Assembly: GCA_012960805.1 (NCBI GenBank)
Contig: DUAO01000122.1
Coordinates: 1-52,807, forward strand
Reading direction: 5' to 3'
From: Flavobacteriales bacterium
GTDB taxonomy: Bacteria > Bacteroidota > Bacteroidia > Flavobacteriales > BACL11
DNA: 52,807 nt
The notes beneath the pieces are model-generated. The model was not told where the DNA came from. It did no database searches and saw only the letters and a list, made by a program, of their open reading frames with translations. Of the stretch, positions 46,633 to 52,807 are shown piece by piece. Position 1 is the first letter of the stretch; each line of letters opens with the position of its first letter. The translations under genes were made by a program, and so were the position numbers.

Positions 46633-47088
46633 ATGTACGCAATAGTTGAGATAGCAGGGCAACAATTCAAAATTGAAAAAGAGCAGCAGATATTTGTACA
46701 CAGATTAGACGCAAAAGAAGGATCAAAAGTTGATTTTGATAAAGTTCTTTTGCTGAATGATGCTGGTAAAATAAATGTTGGCGCCCCAGTTATAACAGGA
46801 GCTAAAGTAACTGCAAAAGTACTTGAGCACTTGAAAGACGATAAAGTAATCGTCTTCAAAAAGAAAAGAAGAAAAGGATACAAAGTTAAAAACGGTCACA
46901 GACAGTATTTAACTAAATTAGAAATCCAAAACATTGACGCTAAAGCTCCAGCCGCTAAAAAGCCAGCTGTAGAAGCGGCTGCTAAAAAGCCGGCTACTAA
47001 AAAAGCACCAGCAAAAACAACTGCTGTTAAAAAGCCTGTTGCTAAAAAAGCGCCAGCCAAAAAGACTGCAGCTAAAAAAGCTGAATAA
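46633..47088 (+). CDS. rplU: 50S ribosomal protein L21 with an Ala/Lys/Pro-rich C-terminal extension
   Basis: MYAIVEIAGQQFKI...KKKRRKGYKVKNGHRQ is the L21 core of about 103 aa. It is followed by about 48 aa of AKKPA-type repeats. Confidence 0.95.
   Translation: MYAIVEIAGQQFKIEKEQQIFVHRLDAKEGSKVDFDKVLLLNDAGKINVGAPVITGAKVTAKVLEHLKDDKVIVFKKKRRKGYKVKNGHRQYLTKLEIQNIDAKAPAAKKPAVEAAAKKPATKKAPAKTTAVKKPVAKKAPAKKTAAKKAE
46939..47085 (+). repeat. In-frame low-complexity Ala/Lys/Pro repeat tract (the L21 tail)
   Basis: Repeated gctaaaaagcc / gctaaaaaagc units encode AKAPAAKKPAVEAAAKKPATKKAPAKTTAVKKPVAKKAPAKKTAAKKAE. Confidence 0.8.
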
Positions 47089-47114
47089 TAAGTAGAAATT
47101 AAAACTGTAAGACA

Positions 47115-47372
47115 ATGGCACATAAGAAAGGAGCGGGTAGTTCAAAAAATGGTAGAGATTCGCAAAGTAAACGATTAGGCGTGAAAATATTTGGCGGTCA
47201 AGCTATCATTGCCGGTAACATTATTGTTCGTCAAAGAGGAACTGTACATAATCCAGGAGAAAATGTAGGCATGGGTAAAGATCATACTTTATTCGCATTA
47301 ACAGATGGAAAAGTAAAATTTACTAAGAAAAGAAATAACAGATCCTATATTTCAGTTGAAACTGTAAGTTAA
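47115..47372 (+). CDS. rpmA: 50S ribosomal protein L27
   Basis: [24 protein letters not shown]...[10 protein letters not shown], at 85 aa. Confidence 0.95.
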   Translation: MAHKKGAGSSKNGRDSQSKRLGVKIFGGQAIIAGNIIVRQRGTVHNPGENVGMGKDHTLFALTDGKVKFTKKRNNRSYISVETVS

Positions 47373-47396
47373 GGATTTTATGATATTATATTTAGG

Positions 47397-47426
47397 AAAA
47401 ACTCTTGACTAGTCAAGAGTTTTTTT
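47397..47426 (+). terminator. Rho-independent terminator after rpmA
   Basis: Perfect palindrome aaaaactcttgact/agtcaagagttttt, with the T run extending to 47426. Confidence 0.8.
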
Positions 47427-47429
47427 ATT

Positions 47430-47437
47430 TACATTTG
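47430..47437 (+). promoter_or_regulatory. Candidate -7 promoter box (TAnnTTTG) for serS
   Basis: TACATTTG lies 30 nt upstream of the serS ATG at 47468, immediately after the terminator. Confidence 0.4.
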
Positions 47438-47467
47438 TTTCAAAATTAGATAAAACCAAAAGGTAAG

Positions 47468-48736
47468 ATGTTACACATTAACAAGATTAGAGAAAATAAG
47501 GAGAGCTATATCGCTTTATTAAAAGTAAAGAATATGGATGCTACTGATTTAATAATTCATGCTATTGCTAAGGATGATGAGCGTAAAGCTACTCAGCAAA
47601 AAGCAGATGAGTTGTTGACTAAAGGAAATCAGCTAGCAAAGCAAATTGGTGAATTGTATAAAACAGGAAAAGCAGCTGAAGCGAATGCATTAAAGGATGA
47701 ATCGTCAACGATTAAGGAAAGTTCGAAAGCATTGCAGGCAAAACAGGCTGAACTTGAAAAGGAAATACAAGATATATTAGTTCAAATCCCTAATGTGCCA
47801 CACCCAAGCGTACCACAAGGAAAGTCAGATGAAAATAATATTACAATAAAAGAAGTAGGAGCGATCTCAGCTTTAATGAAAGGCGCTAAGCCTCATTGGG
47901 AATTAACTACTGATTATAATTTGATTGACTTTGAACTTGGAAATAAAATAACAGGGGCAGGTTTTCCTGTTTATGTTAATAAAGGCGCAAAGTTACAAAG
48001 AGCCTTAATTGCTTACTTTTTAGATAAAAATATAGCTGCAGGGTATACTGAATATTTACCTCCTCATGTAGTGAATGAAGCTTCAGGTTTTGGCACAGGA
48101 CAATTACCTAAGTTTGAGGAAGATTTATATAAAATACCTTCCGACATAGATTTGTATTTAATTCCAACTGCAGAGGTGCCGATAACGAACTTCTTTCGTG
48201 ATGTAATTGTAAAAGGATTTCCTATTAAGTGTACCGCTTATACTCCTTGTTTTAGACGTGAAGCTGGTTCTTACGGAAAAGAGGTGAGAGGATTGAATCG
48301 TTTGCATCAATTTGATAAAGTAGAAATTGTACAAATTCAACATCCTGAAAAATCGTATGAAACTTTAGATGTAATGGTGAATCATGTTGCTAGTATCTTG
48401 AATGAATTAGAATTGCCGTATAAAATTTTACAGTTGTGTGGGGGTGATTTAAGTTTTTCCTCAGCATTAACATTTGATTTTGAAGTTTATTCTGCAGGAC
48501 AAGAAAGATGGCTGGAAGTAAGCTCGGTTTCTAATTTTGAAAGCTACCAAGCTAATCGATTAAAATTAAGGTATAAGGATGAAAATGGAAAGATGCAATT
48601 GTGTCATACCTTAAACGGAAGTGCTTTGGCTTTGCCAAGAATCTATGCAGCACTTATTGAAAACAACCAAACAGCTGAAGGAATAAAAATACCTAAAGCC
48701 TTACAGCCTTACACCGGTTTTGATATCATAAAATAG
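47468..48736 (+). CDS. serS: Seryl-tRNA synthetase
   Basis: N-terminal coiled-coil arm and class II motifs (FRREAGSYGKEVRGLNRLHQFDKVE; GSALALPR). Length is 422 aa. Confidence 0.95.
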   Translation: MLHINKIRENKESYIALLKVKNMDATDLIIHAIAKDDERKATQQKADELLTKGNQLAKQIGELYKTGKAAEANALKDESSTIKESSKALQAKQAELEKEIQDILVQIPNVPHPSVPQGKSDENNITIKEVGAISALMKGAKPHWELTTDYNLIDFELGNKITGAGFPVYVNKGAKLQRALIAYFLDKNIAAGYTEYLPPHVVNEASGFGTGQLPKFEEDLYKIPSDIDLYLIPTAEVPITNFFRDVIVKGFPIKCTAYTPCFRREAGSYGKEVRGLNRLHQFDKVEIVQIQHPEKSYETLDVMVNHVASILNELELPYKILQLCGGDLSFSSALTFDFEVYSAGQERWLEVSSVSNFESYQANRLKLRYKDENGKMQLCHTLNGSALALPRIYAALIENNQTAEGIKIPKALQPYTGFDIIK

Positions 48737-50542
48737 ATGCGTTTACTATTAGTATTTATGCTGATTTCTTCTTTCGCTTTTGCTCAGAAAAGCGAACAAC
48801 AATTGGCTTATCAATATTATATTAATGGTGAATATACTAAGGCAATTACTATTTATGAGGAGCTTGCAGCTGAGAGATTTTCTGTTGCTTATTATATTCC
48901 TTATTTCGCATCCTTGCTAAAAACTGAGGATTACAAATCAGCAGAAAAATTAGCCAGAAAGCTAGCCAAGATATATCCTAAAAGTTTGAATTATCAACTT
49001 GAAGTAGGAATAGTTCAAGAAAAAAGTGGTAATCAGAAAAAAGCTAATTATACTTATAATAAAGTGCTGAAACAATTAACTGGACAGCAATCGCAAACTA
49101 TTAATTTAGCAAATACTTTTATGCGTTATGATTTGTATGATGCCGCTTTAAAGGTATATCTTCAATCTGAAAAAATAAATCCAAAAGCTAGTTTTGGCAC
49201 TCAAAAGGCGCAATTGTATGCTCATTTAAATAAGGTTGATTTGATGATTGCGGAATACTTGAATGAACTGAAGCGTAACCCAAGGCAAAAGCAAATGGTT
49301 ATAGCTAAAGTGCAATTATTTTTGAATAATGATGGTATTAAAAGTGAAGCAAATTATCAATTAGTAAAAAAACAATTATTATCATTTGTAAGAGAGGAGC
49401 GGGGTCGTACTGATTTTTCGGAAATGCTCATCTGGTTATTCATGCAGAATGCACAATACAAAATGGTACTCATACAGGCAAAAGCTTTGGACAAACGCAC
49501 GAATGCTGATGGAGAGCAGGTGTATGATTTAGCAGAATCTTTCTTGGATAAAAAAGAATATCAGTTAGCAGTACAGGCTTATGACTATGTGTTGGAAAAA
49601 GGAAAGAGAAACCATCTTTTTGTAGATGCGAATATCAATAAGCTATATGCACTGACTAAAAGTTTGAGCGAACAACAAAAAGAGCTGAATGTACTTGACG
49701 CTACTTACGCTGAGGTGATTTCAGATTTAGGAAAAAACAGAAATACAGTGTTATTGCTTTCTAATTATGCACACTTTAAGGCCTTTTATTTGCATGATTT
49801 ATCTTCTGCTGAGCAAATACTAAATGAAGCTATGGCTCTGCCGCAAATTTCAAATACTGATTTGGCAGAGTGCAAACTGGAATATGCTGATGTTATGTTA
49901 CTAGTTGGTAATATTTGGGAATCTTTATTGTACTATTCGCAAGTAGAAAAGGATTTTAAGGAAAACCCTATTGGGCATCAGGCAAAATTAAGAAGAGCTA
50001 AAATCGCTTATTATCAAGGGGACTTTGATTGGGCACAAGCACAACTAGGAACCCTAAAAGCATCTACTTCTAAGCTAATTGCGAATGATGCTATGCAGTT
50101 ATCTTTATTGATAATTGATAACCTAAACTTGGACACCTCATTTATTGCAATGCGTACTTTTGCTAGTGCTGATCTGCTTAATTATCAGCAAAAATATGTA
50201 GAGGCTATTGCGAAATACGATTCGATACTCACGGCTTTCCCTGGGCATACTTTATCGGATGAAATATACATGCGTAAAGCTGAAATTTATATACAGCTTA
50301 ACAATACGGATTTGGCTATACAGATGTATCAGAAAATTACAAGTGATTGGGGTTATGATATTCTGGCGGATGATGCGCTTTATCGATTGGCAAAGATTTA
50401 TGATAACACCTTAGCCGACAAAGTGAAGGCTATGGAATTGTATGAAAAGATATTGCTAGAACACAATAGCAGTATATTTACTGCAGAAGCAAGAAAGCGT
50501 TTTAGAATATTAAGAGGTGATAATTTAAACCAGGAAGAATGA
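48737..50542 (+). CDS. TPR-repeat protein with a signal peptide
   Basis: Signal peptide MRLLLVFMLISSFAFAQ and multiple TPR-like helical repeats. The ATG directly abuts the serS stop. Confidence 0.7.
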   Translation: MRLLLVFMLISSFAFAQKSEQQLAYQYYINGEYTKAITIYEELAAERFSVAYYIPYFASLLKTEDYKSAEKLARKLAKIYPKSLNYQLEVGIVQEKSGNQKKANYTYNKVLKQLTGQQSQTINLANTFMRYDLYDAALKVYLQSEKINPKASFGTQKAQLYAHLNKVDLMIAEYLNELKRNPRQKQMVIAKVQLFLNNDGIKSEANYQLVKKQLLSFVREERGRTDFSEMLIWLFMQNAQYKMVLIQAKALDKRTNADGEQVYDLAESFLDKKEYQLAVQAYDYVLEKGKRNHLFVDANINKLYALTKSLSEQQKELNVLDATYAEVISDLGKNRNTVLLLSNYAHFKAFYLHDLSSAEQILNEAMALPQISNTDLAECKLEYADVMLLVGNIWESLLYYSQVEKDFKENPIGHQAKLRRAKIAYYQGDFDWAQAQLGTLKASTSKLIANDAMQLSLLIIDNLNLDTSFIAMRTFASADLLNYQQKYVEAIAKYDSILTAFPGHTLSDEIYMRKAEIYIQLNNTDLAIQMYQKITSDWGYDILADDALYRLAKIYDNTLADKVKAMELYEKILLEHNSSIFTAEARKRFRILRGDNLNQEE

Positions 50543-50847
50543 TAATATATAATGTAACCGTAAGTGTTGAAGAAAGTATAAAAACCGATTGGTTAAATTG
50601 GATGAAAACCGAACATATTCCTGAAGTGATGGCAGCAGCAGTATTTACCAAAGCACAAATAAATAGAGTGATTGTTCAAGGGGATAGCAATCATACTTTT
50701 GCTATTGCTTACACTTGCCCAAGCATGAAGGATTTACATCAATATCAAATTAATTTTGCTGCTGAATTGCAAGAAAAACATCTAGCGCGTTATGGCGATA
50801 AAGCAGTTGCTTTTCGCACTATCATGGAGGTGATAGAGGAATTTTAA
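50539..50847 (+). CDS. Small conserved cytoplasmic protein (DUF4286-like)
   Basis: 102 aa beginning MIIYNVTVSVEESIKTDWLNWMKTEHIPEVM, a sequence style I associate with DUF4286. It has an ATGA overlap with the upstream TPR gene. Confidence 0.55.
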   Translation: MIIYNVTVSVEESIKTDWLNWMKTEHIPEVMAAAVFTKAQINRVIVQGDSNHTFAIAYTCPSMKDLHQYQINFAAELQEKHLARYGDKAVAFRTIMEVIEEF

Positions 50848-50864
50848 AAGACACATTTTTTATT

Positions 50865-52082
50865 TTGAAGAAAATTATTAAGCAGTATCTGCAATTAGAA
50901 GAACATGTTCTTTTAATGATAAAGGCAGAATTTTTTATACAACTGATTGGGGCTGCTTTTTTCTTAATTTTAAATATACATTTATCAAAGCAAGATTTTT
51001 CTGATCCTGAGATAGCCAATTTCATTTCCTATCGTTTTTTGGCAGTAATGTTATTGGCGTTTCCCTTGGGTTTTTATATAAAAGGGAAACCCCTTAAACC
51101 TTTTTTTATGATTGGTAGTTTAGGGGTTCCTTTGGTTGCTATCTCACTTGTATTGTTTATCCAATACGGGTATCATTCTTTCTTGCCACTTTTATTTATT
51201 TTATGGGGGGTAGTTTTTACTTTGTTTCAGGTAAGTGCATTGCCGTATATTATGCGCAATACCGTTGCTGAAAATCAATCACATGCTATTTCACTAAACT
51301 ATGCAACCCATAGTTTTGGCACTATACTTAGCGGGATAATTATCTTTGGTTCCGGACAGTTTATAAAAGGGATAGATGAAGGAAAGATATTGCTGTTTAT
51401 TTCTATTATGGGTTTTATAGGAGTTTACTATTTATTAAAACTAAAGGTTGATATGGTAGTGCCCGTTAAAAAAGGATTGCAGTGGAAATCCTATGATTGG
51501 GCTTTATTGATAAAAGCAATTATCCCCACTTTTATTATTGCTGTTGGGGCAGGTTTAACTATTCCGTTTATCAATTTATTCTTTTATCATAATTTTCAAG
51601 TGGACTCATCAGGTTTTGCTGTTATTGGCGGTATTTCTAGTGTATTTGTTGCTGTTTTGGCTTTGTTGGTGCCTAATATAAAAAACAAATTAGGATTTAA
51701 AAAAGGAATTACTTACACCCAAACTATTGCAGTTATTGCTTTGGTAGCCTTGGCTACAACTGAGTTTTTTGCAGACTATTGGTGGGCTTTGCCAGTTGCT
51801 GTTTTGTGTTTTTGGATAAGGACCCCACTTATGAATATGGCTGCCCCTATGACCTCTGAGCTTACTATGAATTATGTAGGAAAGAAAAACCAAGAGATGC
51901 TGAGTGCTATTATGGCAGCAATCTGGAGTGGTAGTTGGTTTTTCAGTTCACAAATATTCCGATACTTAATAGCAGAAGGCTTGCCGTATGCTTATGTCTT
52001 TTACATAACAGCTGCTTTGTATGCTTTTGGGGTGTTTATGTATTACTTATTGATACGGGATTATGAAAAAAGAAAACAGTAA
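50865..52082 (+). CDS. MFS transporter
   Basis: About 12 TM segments over 405 aa. The start is a TTG at 50865; the ATG at 50916 is an alternative. Confidence 0.75.
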   Translation: MKKIIKQYLQLEEHVLLMIKAEFFIQLIGAAFFLILNIHLSKQDFSDPEIANFISYRFLAVMLLAFPLGFYIKGKPLKPFFMIGSLGVPLVAISLVLFIQYGYHSFLPLLFILWGVVFTLFQVSALPYIMRNTVAENQSHAISLNYATHSFGTILSGIIIFGSGQFIKGIDEGKILLFISIMGFIGVYYLLKLKVDMVVPVKKGLQWKSYDWALLIKAIIPTFIIAVGAGLTIPFINLFFYHNFQVDSSGFAVIGGISSVFVAVLALLVPNIKNKLGFKKGITYTQTIAVIALVALATTEFFADYWWALPVAVLCFWIRTPLMNMAAPMTSELTMNYVGKKNQEMLSAIMAAIWSGSWFFSSQIFRYLIAEGLPYAYVFYITAALYAFGVFMYYLLIRDYEKRKQ

Positions 52083-52242
52083 TGAGGGGATTGCTTTTTG
52101 CACCGCTAATCAATCTACTAATACAAACTTAAAAAATTAATTGGATTTTCTGATTAGAAAAAACTTTTAAAAATAATTTTATACGATTATTAACTTTTGT
52201 GGTGTCGTATATGTTTTTTGATTTTTTATTGTAACAAGATAT

Positions 52243-52599
52243 TTACCCCCCCATACCACTAGCATTAAATAAAACTAAAAACAAAACAGGGATTACAATT
52301 AGTATTCCTAAAAGAAACCACCAAATATTTTTCCAACGTATTAAGTTTTTAATCCAAGCAACATCTCTTCTATACCCTCTTATTAATAGAAAAAGTAGAA
52401 GTGGTATTAGCCAAGGTAAAATAAAAAGCAGCAATGGAGGAGTACGAGCAGTACCAAATTCTATACCAAATAATTTTGGGTCTTCACAATCAATTATAGT
52501 TGATTTCTCAGATTGGATACTTTCCATAACTGGAAAAGAAGCATAACTTACATTTGTAAATGTTGTTATCGTAATTAAAAGTAGTAATAGTTTTTTCAT
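52243..52599 (-). CDS. Hypothetical small membrane protein with a signal peptide and two TM segments
   Basis: MKKLLLLLITITTFTNVSYA is a signal-like N-terminus. Two Leu/Pro-rich hydrophobic segments follow. I recognise no family. Confidence 0.5.
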   Translation of the reverse strand: MKKLLLLLITITTFTNVSYASFPVMESIQSEKSTIIDCEDPKLFGIEFGTARTPPLLLFILPWLIPLLLFLLIRGYRRDVAWIKNLIRWKNIWWFLLGILIVIPVLFLVLFNASGMGG

Positions 52600-52659
52600 A
52601 CCACAAACTTACAGAAAATTTATGGGAAATTTGAAGAGAAAAAAGTCGGGGTAGCAGGA

Positions 52660-52806
52660 TTATATTCTCTTCTCAAATCTAACTTTCCTTACCCCGTGAT
52701 TTGTATCCCATTGCTTTTGCTCTTGAAACCCAAAACTTTTATATAATTTTATAGCCGGATGGTTATCTATTCCGGTTTCAACAGTAAATATTTTTGACTT
52801 ATAAGT
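52660..52806 (-). CDS. 3' end of a GNAT-family N-acetyltransferase (5' end is outside the window)
   Basis: The minus-strand frame is open from the window edge to TAA (52660-52662). The translation ...VETGIDNHPAIKLYKSFGFQEQKQW... contains the GNAT motif-A/B region (N..A..LY...GF). Confidence 0.6.
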   Translation of the reverse strand, partial: TYKSKIFTVETGIDNHPAIKLYKSFGFQEQKQWDTNHGVRKVRFEKRI

Positions 52807-52807
52807 G

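Noticed and set aside
46939-47085. Tandem gctaaaaagcc-type DNA repeats considered as a CRISPR-like or satellite array.
   Set aside because: The units are short, imperfect, in frame and contiguous with the L21 ORF. It is a coding low-complexity tract, not a repeat-spacer array.
46548-47145. Three minus-strand ORFs (46548-46883, 46896-47123, 46918-47145) opposite rplU and the start of rpmA.
   Set aside because: They are antisense shadows of a highly conserved ribosomal gene and of its Ala/Lys repeat (GCT/AAA read on the opposite strand gives the S/F/L/A-rich low-complexity translations seen in these ORFs). They have no independent support.
1-52807. Search of both strands for a defence system, mobile element, CRISPR array, toxin-antitoxin pair, phage remnant or biosynthetic cluster.
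   Set aside because: Every ORF over 150 aa except three or four has clear housekeeping motifs. I recognised no transposase, integrase, recombinase, nuclease-NTPase pair, Cas protein or direct-repeat array. Gene packing and strand runs look like core chromosome. Claiming a novel system would not be supported by the sequence.

Overview
The window is a visibly AT-rich stretch of Bacteroidota chromosome, probably Flavobacteriia-like. Three things support that assignment. There are T9SS C-terminal sorting domains on three secreted proteins. The mutY-ssb-gldE-gldD arrangement known from Flavobacterium johnsoniae is present. TAnnTTTG '-7' promoter boxes occur repeatedly, and I saw no Shine-Dalgarno sequences at the starts I inspected.

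Gene content is tightly packed and almost entirely housekeeping:
- Envelope genes: coaX, a beta-barrel OMP, a TPR protein, lptC, a CNNM/CorC protein and ppiD.
- The complete rod-shape cluster rodA-mrdA-mreD-mreC-mreB, followed by purH, mfd and a PPi-type phosphofructokinase.
- Aspartate kinase, then a large uncharacterised protein.
- A long minus-strand run: 2-hydroxyacid dehydrogenase, mgtE, rsmA and mlaFE-like genes.
- feoAB, a SprT-like protein, mannose-1-P guanylyltransferase, fumC, an ArsC-family protein, prfB, recX, an MFS transporter, rng, hup, mutY, ssb, gldE, gldD, ctaA, an EamA transporter and an M43 protease with a T9SS tail.
- rplU-rpmA, serS, a TPR protein, DUF4286, an MFS transporter, a small membrane protein and a GNAT fragment.
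- One tRNA-Phe(GAA).

I found no CRISPR array, transposase, integrase, phage genes, toxin-antitoxin pair or recognisable defence island. I do not see convincing evidence for a novel multi-gene system here.

The best leads are modest:
1. An unannotated, extremely basic 26-codon ORF between hup and rng. It looks like a bS22-type ribosomal protein and carries an A7 tract that affects its C-terminus.
2. A 592-aa protein with divergent nitronate-monooxygenase/FabK-like motifs, a large insertion and a Cys-rich C-terminal half.
3. A small Cys-containing lipoprotein ORF in front of feoAB.
4. An Ala/Lys/Pro-rich tail on L21.
5. Several promoter boxes so close to start codons that the transcripts may be leaderless.

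All functional calls come from reading motifs in the supplied translations. No searches or computations were run.
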